Virus record (IMG/VR): IMGVR_UViG_3300007960_000019
Source: an uncultured virus (IMG/VR IMGVR_UViG_3300007960_000019)
Lineage: Duplodnaviria; Heunggongvirae; Uroviricota; Caudoviricetes
Length of the DNA stretch: 64,000 bases
Reading direction: 5' to 3' (one strand)
The position numbers were made by a program, and so were the translations under genes. Below are positions 51,780-60,157 of this stretch, piece by piece (positions within the stretch are counted from its first letter, which is position 1; each line of letters begins with the position of its first letter). The notes beneath the pieces were generated by a model that was not told where the DNA came from, made no database searches, and saw only the letters and a list, made by a program, of their open reading frames with translations.

Positions 51780-52184
51780 ATGGGTCGGAGGAAGAAGAAG
51801 AAGATTCTTCGGGAGATCACGAAGAAACTTGAAGAACACGAGCCGGTGTTCCGGGCGAGAATTGTAGCTGCTATCGTTCATAAAGGCAAGATAGTATCTT
51901 TTGGTAAAAACCAAAACAAGACTCACCCGGACGCGGCCTTCTATAGTAAACATGATGAGGCTATCTACCTTCATGCGGAGGTGGACGCTATCAATAAAGC
52001 CAAAAAGAAACTCAGTGCAGAAGAACTATCAAGCTCTAGTACTGAGCTTTACATAGTTAGGATGAAACAAAATGGAACTCTGGGACTATCTCTTCCTTGT
52101 AGCGGTTGTAGCCGTTGCATTAGTGATCACGGTATTGACAGAGTAGTCTACTCTAATAGCTACGGAGAAATGGAATGTATTTAA
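51780..52184 (+). CDS. second cytidine/deoxycytidylate deaminase-family protein
   Basis: A.IV..G.IVS.G.N..KTHP, LHAEVDAI and PCSGC motifs. Confidence 0.8.
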   Translation: MGRRKKKKILREITKKLEEHEPVFRARIVAAIVHKGKIVSFGKNQNKTHPDAAFYSKHDEAIYLHAEVDAINKAKKKLSAEELSSSSTELYIVRMKQNGTLGLSLPCSGCSRCISDHGIDRVVYSNSYGEMECI

Positions 52185-52381
52185 TTATTGGTAGGGAGAA
52201 CTGCCCCTACTGTAAACTAGCTCAGAACCACTTAGAGTCAAGGAAGGTCCCTTATATCTATAAAGATATTACTGATGTAGTGTGGAAAGAACTTCTAGTT
52301 AAAGACATAGAGGCTAAAACAGTACCTCAGATCTTCCGGCTAGTCGGTGGGTATGATGAACTATTAGAGGTAGTATGGTAG
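52175..52381 (+). CDS. glutaredoxin
   Basis: CPYC, TVPQIF and GGYDEL motifs. Confidence 0.9.
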   Translation: MYLIIGRENCPYCKLAQNHLESRKVPYIYKDITDVVWKELLVKDIEAKTVPQIFRLVGGYDELLEVVW

Positions 52382-52806
52382 TGAACGCAGAAGATAATAA
52401 ACGAAAACCGGGGCGACCTAAAGGTTCTAAAGACCCCCGTAAGATCAAGCTAAAACCCTCCCCGAAGACAGCTAAGGAGGACTACGCCAAGTACTATAGT
52501 GAGCTAGGTATAGTCGCTATCTATGGTGTAGATGACTTCACTAAAGAACTACTCTTCTACATGTGGAATGACCCGTCTCAAGAATTCGTGGCCTGTGACC
52601 CTGTCGAGCAACACCTAGCAAACCTAACCCGAGAGGTTGGTAATAGGGCTAATTCAATGTACAGGTATACCGCAGTACACCACTCTGGGTTTATTGAGTC
52701 AGGCTATTATCCTGTAGTCGTTGTATCAAAGAAGTATAAAGAGAAAGTAATGGAACTACCTAATCCACATTCTGTAAAGATTATCTGTCTGGAAGACTAC
52801 AAATGA
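52375..52806 (+). CDS. hypothetical protein with AT-hook-like N-terminus
   Basis: RKPGRPKGSK. Confidence 0.5.
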   Translation: MVVNAEDNKRKPGRPKGSKDPRKIKLKPSPKTAKEDYAKYYSELGIVAIYGVDDFTKELLFYMWNDPSQEFVACDPVEQHLANLTREVGNRANSMYRYTAVHHSGFIESGYYPVVVVSKKYKEKVMELPNPHSVKIICLEDYK

Positions 52807-53085
52807 CCGAGTACTTTGTCCCACTGAACCCTAACAAAGAACCCTTTTGGGTTAAAATCGAACTACAGTACGATGACTACCTACTTCTTGAGTCTGGACA
52901 GAAGCTCTACTGGCATACCAACTACAAGTACTATCGTGGTTACATCGATGGTGTAGAGGGGTATATCGTCTAAATTAACTAACCGTCCTCACTTATGCTC
53001 CTTAATAGGGGTGTAGGTGGGGGCGGTTAGGGACCCCCTTTTATTTTTTTTTGTAGACAAAACTATCATAAAAATAAGGGGTAAA

Positions 53086-53103
53086 AAATACGACGTACTA
53101 ATG
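53086..53103 (+). promoter_or_regulatory. phage RNAP promoter, class A copy 5 (start of late/packaging region)
   Basis: AAATACGACGTACTAATG after a hairpin and T-tract. Confidence 0.85.
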
Positions 53104-53361
53104 ATGATGATACATCCGGTGTAAGGCATCGTTAATAGCCCTCAATAGAGACCTGTCAAGGACTACTATAGCTAAAATAGTCTGCTATTACCATAAGCGA
53201 CTAACCCTCTTTGTACATAAGAGGTGGACCCCGACTGGTATGCCCCTAAGTAACTTCGAGGAGTTATGTTACCTAGGTTAAGTTGAAACTCCCCCCCTCA
53301 CAACATGAGGCCCTAGCTCAGGGGTCTTTATAGTAGTCCTTGATGTGACTTATTAGAGGCT
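53103..53361 (+). ncRNA. candidate structured non-coding RNA or leader
   Basis: No long ORF; 16-bp helix 53155-53170/53329-53344 extended by AGCC/GGCT ends, a 5' hairpin, and several internal hairpins. Confidence 0.55.
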
Positions 53362-53403
53362 CCTTAATAATAATAATAAAGAAACTTATAAGGGGAATGC
53401 GTT

Positions 53404-53676
53404 ATGTTTTTACACTATATCGATATATTACCTTTTGTTATAGCATTAGGTATCCTATTAATCGGTCCCTCTTATATTACACCAGAGAGGCCACTTAGTA
53501 TTCTTGTTGTTCTTACTTCAGCAGTCTTTATTCTAGCGCAGTCTTCATGGTTTACAGCCTTCATTAATGGTGATGAATGGGGTCGTGATTGGGCTAACTT
53601 AGTCTGGTTTTTCTTTAACTCTCTAACAATGGTGATTTTCGTATGTATTATCCGTTCCAATTCTTGTCAAAAGTAG
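53404..53676 (+). CDS. small membrane protein
   Basis: Three hydrophobic segments. Confidence 0.55.
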   Translation: MFLHYIDILPFVIALGILLIGPSYITPERPLSILVVLTSAVFILAQSSWFTAFINGDEWGRDWANLVWFFFNSLTMVIFVCIIRSNSCQK

Positions 53677-54128
53677 TAACCCTTGCAGCTGAGTACGAAG
53701 CAGCATTACATGTTAATCGTGACCCTAGTGTCAGCTTAGAAAAACCTTACCTAAAGTACGAGGTATTTGGGAGAGCCGTAGAGCAGGCTTCTGGCTTCGC
53801 TTTATTGTTGGTAGCTTATACTTTCTCTCTCAGCAGTCGTTACGTGGGTTCTTCTTCATTCTTAGATCTTGACCATACACTCTTAGCTATCCTTGCTTTT
53901 GTAATTGCTTTTGGACAGATAGTCTATAGTAAACTCGTTACAAGGTTAATCATGACGATGATTGCTTCTAGCTTTTGGCTCTCTATTGCTATTCAGAAGT
54001 TCGTTGAGCTAGGGGATTGGAACATTGCCACTTCTGCTAGTGTGTCATTCGCTGTGTTTAATTTCTATGTGTACGGTTACGTATATAACCTGTATAAAAC
54101 TACGGGTTACCAACAATGGAAAAACTGA
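53643..54128 (+). CDS. membrane protein
   Basis: Multiple hydrophobic segments; start uncertain. Confidence 0.5.
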   Translation: MYYPFQFLSKVVTLAAEYEAALHVNRDPSVSLEKPYLKYEVFGRAVEQASGFALLLVAYTFSLSSRYVGSSSFLDLDHTLLAILAFVIAFGQIVYSKLVTRLIMTMIASSFWLSIAIQKFVELGDWNIATSASVSFAVFNFYVYGYVYNLYKTTGYQQWKN

Positions 54129-54322
54129 TACTTGATGTTTTACCAATTGGACTTGGTGTGTTCGTTGTAGTTGCTTCAGCAGGGTTGCTCGGTGTGTTCC
54201 GTTCAGTGGCCCTGTCTAAGCAAGCCTATAATGAAACTGTAGAGTCATTGAAGACTCAGATTGATGTCATTAAGCAAGAAAATGCCCTTCTTAAATTACG
54301 TATAGCTGAACTTGAGAAATAA
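54116..54322 (+). CDS. single-TM coiled-coil protein
   Basis: N-terminal TM followed by a heptad-rich C-terminus. Confidence 0.55.
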   Translation: MEKLILDVLPIGLGVFVVVASAGLLGVFRSVALSKQAYNETVESLKTQIDVIKQENALLKLRIAELEK

Positions 54323-54393
54323 GTCCGAAGTGGGACTATTTGGGTCTTGTAGTTAGGTCTAAAGTGGGACTAAAGCAGGTCCAATATGGGACT
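54322..54393. repeat. three 16-nt hairpin repeats RGTCY-N6-GGACT upstream of terminase small subunit
   Basis: AGTCC gaagtg GGACT; GGTCT aaagtg GGACT; GGTCC aatatg GGACT. Confidence 0.7.
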
Positions 54394-54511
54394 ATTAATG
54401 TGATTATTTTTAAGGGTTTATCTTTGAGTTTTTTATAATAATCACGAAGAATTGTCTTTTTATCTAAATGGAATTGTATCAACTGTCAATCAAGTCATTA
54501 AGGAGGTCCCT

Positions 54512-54844
54512 ATGACAGAAAAACGCGGAGGTAAACGCGAAGGCTCAGGGAGACCTCGTGGATCGCGCAATATATACTCACAAGACTCTGTAAAGAAGCT
54601 TGAGGAACTCGGCTTCGATCCCATAGAGATGCTTGTAGATAAATATCAAGAAATCCAGACAGCTCTTACCGATGGTTCTGTAAGGGTTGGATCCGGGGCT
54701 TATGCCCAACTACTCGCCACTCAAGCCCAGATTGTTAACAACCTTATGAGGTACGGGTATAGACAAGTGCCGGAGAAACAAGAGGTCTCTGTTGAAAATA
54801 AGAAACCTATTGCTGTTACTCTTACAGGTAGGAAAAAGGAATGA
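54512..54844 (+). CDS. terminase small subunit
   Basis: RGGKREGSGRPRGSRN N-terminus; AAGGAGG SD; overlaps the terminase large subunit start. Confidence 0.7.
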   Translation: MTEKRGGKREGSGRPRGSRNIYSQDSVKKLEELGFDPIEMLVDKYQEIQTALTDGSVRVGSGAYAQLLATQAQIVNNLMRYGYRQVPEKQEVSVENKKPIAVTLTGRKKE

Positions 54845-56172
54845 CTGAAGTCGTACTACATGAAGGGCAATCTGATGTTATCAATGATTTGTTTGTAGAG
54901 AATGTATGTCGTTATGCTGTAGTTAACGCAAGCAGAGGATTTGGTAAGAGTTATCTGGCGGCTACTGCTGCCTTGCTGGCTGCACAAGAACTTATGGACC
55001 TCCCCGCTGATGTCCCTAACAAGAACGTTGCGATTATTGCCCCTACTTATCAACAAACAGTGGACATCTATTACCCTCTTCTAGCCTACCAGCTAGGTTT
55101 AGAGGACTATGCCGAGAAGTCTTCTCGTGCTGCTGGAAACTTTTGGCTACCTAACAATGTACAACTAAAGCTCTGGTCCTATGAAGCATCTCAGCGAATG
55201 CGGGGGACTGGTCAGTACTTCGTGGTGGCTGATGAGGTAACATCTTGGAGGGGCGCTGGTATGAACCTCAAGGAGTCTTGGGAGTCCATTATTCAACCCT
55301 GTGTGTCGACCCGCTGGTCACGTCAGAATGCTGAGTCCTTCGGGGCTAACCCCGGAAGGGCACTTATTATCAGTACACCTAGTGGTTACGATTACTTCTA
55401 TGAGATGTACAATAGACAGGACTACGACGATGATTGGAAGTCCTACTATTTCACTTATAAGGACTCTCCTTTTCTTGATGAAGAAGAGATTGAGAGGGTG
55501 AAACTCACACTAGACCCTTTGAAGTTCGCTAGAGAATACACAGCTAGCTTTGAGGATTCAGGGAATAGTGTGTTTTATTGCTTCGACAGAGAGAAGCATA
55601 TTGATAAAAGTCTACCTTATTTTGAAGACCGAGAGGACGTTCATGTCGCTGTGGACTTCAATATTGGTGTGATGGCTTCTGTTATTTTTGCCATTCGTGG
55701 TAATCAAGTACATATTCTAGACGAGATGCAGGGACACCCTGATACAGAGACTCTTGCTAGAGCACTTGTGGAGAAGTACAAAGGTCATAGGATTATTTCC
55801 TACCCTGACCCTTCTGGACGTGCTCGTAAGAGTTCTGCTGCTGTAGGTCGCACTGACTTCAGTATTCTAGAGTCTGCTAAGATTATCACTAGAGCGCATA
55901 ACAAAGCACCACCTATTGTAGATAGCGTTGCTGCTGTTAACAAGAAACTTATGAATGCAAAAGGTGATGTCGATTTGCTTATCCATCCGAAGTGTGTAAA
56001 CACTATCAAATCCATTGAACGAACCCAGTGGGTCGAGTCTAATCCTGATACAGCTACTATCTGTAAAAAGGAAGGTGTCGAACACTGGAGTGACGGTCTT
56101 CGTTATGCTATTGAATACCTCTTCCCTATCAGGGCAGGTACTGCTGTGACGAAACGTGGGTTTGTTTTCTGA
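54841..56172 (+). CDS. terL: terminase large subunit
   Basis: ASRGFGKS, VVADE, ISTP.G..YFY, VDFN, DPSG and H..DGLRY motifs. Confidence 0.92.
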   Translation: MTEVVLHEGQSDVINDLFVENVCRYAVVNASRGFGKSYLAATAALLAAQELMDLPADVPNKNVAIIAPTYQQTVDIYYPLLAYQLGLEDYAEKSSRAAGNFWLPNNVQLKLWSYEASQRMRGTGQYFVVADEVTSWRGAGMNLKESWESIIQPCVSTRWSRQNAESFGANPGRALIISTPSGYDYFYEMYNRQDYDDDWKSYYFTYKDSPFLDEEEIERVKLTLDPLKFAREYTASFEDSGNSVFYCFDREKHIDKSLPYFEDREDVHVAVDFNIGVMASVIFAIRGNQVHILDEMQGHPDTETLARALVEKYKGHRIISYPDPSGRARKSSAAVGRTDFSILESAKIITRAHNKAPPIVDSVAAVNKKLMNAKGDVDLLIHPKCVNTIKSIERTQWVESNPDTATICKKEGVEHWSDGLRYAIEYLFPIRAGTAVTKRGFVF

Positions 56173-56199
56173 AACTACATTTAAATAAGGAATAAAAAA

Positions 56200-56643
56200 A
56201 TGGCAATTATGGATCGAATTCGTAATGCGAAGAAAGCAGTGTACAACTTTACATCCGCACGTAAGGCTGCTCTAATGAAGGCGATTAAGGCTTCTGCTGC
56301 CGCTCGTAAAGTTAAGAGTGCAGCTGGCACTGTAAAGCGCGGTGTCTCAAAAGCACAAATCAAGGCTAATCGTGTAGTGAACCGTGTAACTGGCTCCAAG
56401 ACTTCAGCCCTTAAGAAGCGTCAGCAGGCTAAGGCCACCGTTAAGGGTGCTGTTAAGGGTGCTGTCAAATCAGTACGGAGTACCGTAGGTAAGGTGGAAG
56501 CACGTGGCGGTGTCGCTGCTAAGGTTATCAAGAAGGCTGGCTACTCACAGCGCACTGCTGGTAAGGGTACTAAAAAGGCTCGTGGAAGTAGGGTCCAACG
56601 TGGTCTAAGGAAGACCATCAATCGGCTAAGGAAACAAGGGTAA
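56200..56643 (+). CDS. highly basic K/R/A-rich histone H1-like protein
   Basis: Dominated by K, R, A, G and V with only two acidic residues; TSARKAALMKAIKASAAAR. Confidence 0.6.
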   Translation: MAIMDRIRNAKKAVYNFTSARKAALMKAIKASAAARKVKSAAGTVKRGVSKAQIKANRVVNRVTGSKTSALKKRQQAKATVKGAVKGAVKSVRSTVGKVEARGGVAAKVIKKAGYSQRTAGKGTKKARGSRVQRGLRKTINRLRKQG

Positions 56644-56811
56644 TCCATTGGGTGTACTATCGAAACTAGCAAAAGTTGCCTAATTGCAGCTGATCACTAC
56701 AAAGACAAGCTTCTTGAGAAGTATAAACCCAAGAAGGGTTAATAAACAACGAGGAGGTCCCTAACGGGGCTTCCTCCCACTAACCATCTTAGTAATTATC
56801 AGGAGAACATT

Positions 56812-57108
56812 ATGGCTAATAAGGTCTCAAAGCTAACAGACCCTTCTGGGAATTACTCAGGGGGTTATACTTCTGACATTTATAAATGTTCAGCTAATAA
56901 CAACTCAAACAACAACACACAGCGAGGTGTTATCCAAGTACATATAGACTCTGGTGAGGTATATCTCCAGATGCGTCTATTAAGTGATTGTCCTTGGTTC
57001 ACTGCTCGTAAGTACACTTCTAGTATTGTAGAAGAAATGGTGCTTGCTGGAGAAATCCGTATTGTTGCAACTAACAAAGCAGAAGCTTGGGTCGCCGAGC
57101 TACTTTAA
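56812..57108 (+). CDS. hypothetical protein (late region)
   Basis: AGGAG SD; follows a hairpin. Confidence 0.55.
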   Translation: MANKVSKLTDPSGNYSGGYTSDIYKCSANNNSNNNTQRGVIQVHIDSGEVYLQMRLLSDCPWFTARKYTSSIVEEMVLAGEIRIVATNKAEAWVAELL

Positions 57109-57120
57109 GGAAAATCAAAT

Positions 57121-57705
57121 ATGACTATGATTACAGATGGCACTGGCACTGGTGTCAAGGCAAAAGTAAACTCTGAGAATAAGCTTCTTGTAGAATCAGT
57201 AACAGAAACTGCATTCGAGAATCAAGCAGAAGAGGGTAATGCCTTCAACCTAAACACTGAAGATATCGTCCTAGATGGTGGTATTTCTGGTGAACAAGGA
57301 CTTCTCTATATAAAGAATAACGAGAGTTCAGACCTAGAAATTGTTGGTTGGTTTATTGGTATCCGGGATGCTGACCGTACAGGTGCTACCTCTGATACGA
57401 ACCTATTTAAGCTTATTGCTAACCCCACTGGTGGTACTCTTATTAGTGATGCTTCAGAAGCCGCTGTAGCTAACCGTAACCTTGGCTCACCCCGTGTCTT
57501 TGATGTTACCGCTTATAAAGCCTCTGGTGATGGTAAGACAGTAACTGGTGGTGAGGCTACACTACTATACCAATACCATACAGCAGGTCGTATCTTCGGG
57601 ACGGTTACCTTTACCATTCCTCGTGGTTCTTCTTTGGCTATTTTAGTTAATACCTATGGTGCTAACATGACACTCTATACAGGGTTTACTGGGTACCTAG
57701 CATAA
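57121..57705 (+). CDS. putative virion protein
   Basis: N-terminus similar to that of the gene at 57929; beta-rich composition. Confidence 0.5.
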   Translation: MTMITDGTGTGVKAKVNSENKLLVESVTETAFENQAEEGNAFNLNTEDIVLDGGISGEQGLLYIKNNESSDLEIVGWFIGIRDADRTGATSDTNLFKLIANPTGGTLISDASEAAVANRNLGSPRVFDVTAYKASGDGKTVTGGEATLLYQYHTAGRIFGTVTFTIPRGSSLAILVNTYGANMTLYTGFTGYLA

Positions 57706-57928
57706 TGTCAAGAGATAATGTCTTCACAAACATGATTCCTCTGGGTCCTGAAACGGCATCATCAGAGGAAACTGTTTCCAATATTGACGAGTATGGTCGT
57801 ACGTTACAGTTCACCATGCTTATCGAGATTCTTCGTGAACTCAAGATAATGAACATGCACTTGGCTTCTATGTCCGAAGAGAAGATTCTTCGTGATGACA
57901 TTGAGCTACAAATAGGAGAAGAATAACC

Positions 57929-58522
57929 ATGATTATCGAATCAGGTATCGGTAATGGTAAGATGGCTGCGGTAGATGGTGATAATCGCCTCCTAACAGCC
58001 TCCTTTAACATTCCCTTTCAACATCTAGTCGCTAAGGACTATGCTAAGACTTTCCAAGTGTGGGGTGAAGCCACCCTAGCCTCTGGTACTGTAACACCAC
58101 TACACATTAAGAACACCTCACAGGACTCTGTACAGGTTATCACTTACATTCGTTGGCAGATTATCGATGAAGCTAACGGTACAGCACTACCTAATGTTTC
58201 TAACTACATGTAGTTTGGTTATGGTGCCGCCTATGCATCTGGTGGTACTGTTGTTACCCCTGTTAACATGACCTCAAGCTCCTCTGTGATTTCTTCTGTG
58301 TCTGCCTTCCAAGGTAATCCAACACTATCAGGTACTCCTACTGTGTTTGACCGTCATTACCCTAAATCAGAGGGTGACATGTATAGCTACAACAAAGAAG
58401 GTGCTGCTCTACTAATCCCCGGCTCCGCTTTCACAGCACAATACACAGGAGACCACACAGCAGGTAAAGTATACTGTCGTTTAAGCTTCTTAGAAGTTAA
58501 CCTAGACAATTATAGTGGGTAA
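57929..58522 (+). pseudogene. putative virion protein gene interrupted by a single in-frame TAG (58211-58213)
   Basis: ORFs 57929-58213 and 58268-58522 are in the same frame, and the gap reads FGYGAAYASGGTVVTPVN without other stops. Confidence 0.6.
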
Positions 58523-58527
58523 TTGCT

Positions 58528-59622
58528 ATGAGTGTCAAAACAAAGATTATTGGTGGTGATAGTGGTAAGCTAGAAGCTCATGTGTATAAAGCAGATAGCC
58601 CATTCCATAAGCTACATCCGGGGTTGGTTACTTATAACCACCCTGTAGACCGTAAGACTATCACTACCGGATTCTTTACCAATGATACTTACGGTGCTGA
58701 CCAGAACCAAGCAGCAACCACCCCTGAAACAGTCACAGTAGTCCATAATGGTGGAGATACTGTTGCCTTCACAGCAACTAACGTCTCTGGTAACCGTTAT
58801 GTGTTTGACTCTACAGACTTTGCTAATAGTGGTACTGCCAGTATTGACGCTTCAGGTACGCGTAATGGCGATATTGCTAGTTTTGTATGGCCTGTAGGTG
58901 GTTCAGATTTATTAGTATCTAGCTATGACTCTTTAGATGGTTATATCTACATCACTTCATGGCCTGCTAACGGCAACAAAGACTTCTTAATACAGCTATA
59001 TCTAGATAGCGCCCCTATTGGTGTGGCTATCCCCCTTAGTACTTATGTGGATACGAATAACCACGATGTTTGGCAGTTATTCTCTACCCCTATGACAGCC
59101 TTCCAATCTGCTTCACCTAGCTTCGATGAGATTCGAATTCAGACAGTAGATGCTGGTCAAGGAAATGCCCCTAGTATCTATCTTGATGACCTTCAGTTGG
59201 TATCTGCTGGACAGTCTCGTAGTATCTTCTATAACTACTGTGCGCAACCCGGTGAGCTTATTGAAGTAAGAAAGATTAAGTGGATTGCTGCTGTTACTAA
59301 GCTGAAAGTCGAGTATGATGAGTTCTTTGGTATCAGTCAGCTAACCAATGGCTATACACTGTCATTTAAAAGGAATGGTTCTACACTATCACAGTACTTC
59401 TCTAAAGACTTCTATGATATGCTACAGTTCCCCAATGTCCACTTAGATACATGGGAAGGGTCTACGGAGACAATCTATCAGCTAACGATGGAAATTCCGG
59501 AAGAGCATTACATCCTTAATGGTACTCTTGAAGAATGTATCGAGTTGTCTGTTCGTGATGACCTATCAAGCTTAATTCGCTTTAGGGCTTCTGTACAGGG
59601 TGCTTTAATCACCAAATGGTAA
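58528..59622 (+). CDS. putative virion protein with carbohydrate-binding-like domain
   Basis: WQLFSTPM..F and IYLDDLQLV jelly-roll-like pattern. Confidence 0.45.
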   Translation: MSVKTKIIGGDSGKLEAHVYKADSPFHKLHPGLVTYNHPVDRKTITTGFFTNDTYGADQNQAATTPETVTVVHNGGDTVAFTATNVSGNRYVFDSTDFANSGTASIDASGTRNGDIASFVWPVGGSDLLVSSYDSLDGYIYITSWPANGNKDFLIQLYLDSAPIGVAIPLSTYVDTNNHDVWQLFSTPMTAFQSASPSFDEIRIQTVDAGQGNAPSIYLDDLQLVSAGQSRSIFYNYCAQPGELIEVRKIKWIAAVTKLKVEYDEFFGISQLTNGYTLSFKRNGSTLSQYFSKDFYDMLQFPNVHLDTWEGSTETIYQLTMEIPEEHYILNGTLEECIELSVRDDLSSLIRFRASVQGALITKW

Positions 59623-59705
59623 AGAAATAACACTAGGGAGTCCTTTATGGGGCTTCCTCAACAACAACTCTAATAAGCCCAACCGAGGTTCGGCAAGGAG
59701 GAAAT

Positions 59706-60155
59706 ATGGCACGTTCACGAATTAACTCTCGCTCAAAAGACCTTATCAGCGATGATGGTGCAGTTCTTGTATCTCTCGTAGAAGGCGAGCAAATTCAAAT
59801 GGATATTACACTAAGCTGGCTGACTAACCTCACAGGCTATACCTTAACAGCTAAAATTGTTGAGGCCGACATGGCAGGTGCAGTAGATGAGGATGGCTAC
59901 CCTACTGGTGTCAAGGCAGGTGGCGTAGTAACAACTCTTGATATCCTTGATGCTACCGTTACTGACAATACATTTAAAATCGTTATTCCAGAAGACCTTA
60001 TCGACTCATGGACTACACAGCCTTCCCCCGAAGCACCTACTTATGGGTGGATTGGGCTTGAAGTTCGTGATACAGGTGTTGGTAATGCACAACTTATCTG
60101 GAAACCTTTTCGTGGTCTTGTAGAAGTACTTTACAGCCCTTCTGAGGAGGTCTGA
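59706..60155 (+). CDS. baseplate/fibre-anchoring protein-like
   Basis: NLTGYT..AKI...RGLVEV..SP pattern; precedes the fibres. Confidence 0.5.
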   Translation: MARSRINSRSKDLISDDGAVLVSLVEGEQIQMDITLSWLTNLTGYTLTAKIVEADMAGAVDEDGYPTGVKAGGVVTTLDILDATVTDNTFKIVIPEDLIDSWTTQPSPEAPTYGWIGLEVRDTGVGNAQLIWKPFRGLVEVLYSPSEEV

Positions 60156-60157
60156 GT

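Noticed and set aside
53103..53400. tRNA or tmRNA gene in the intergenic region
   Set aside because: No cloverleaf, T-loop GTTCRA or CCA acceptor end was recognised.
58211..58213. Genome-wide TAG reassignment
   Set aside because: Only one such interruption was seen, other genes end properly in TAG, and no suppressor tRNA was found.
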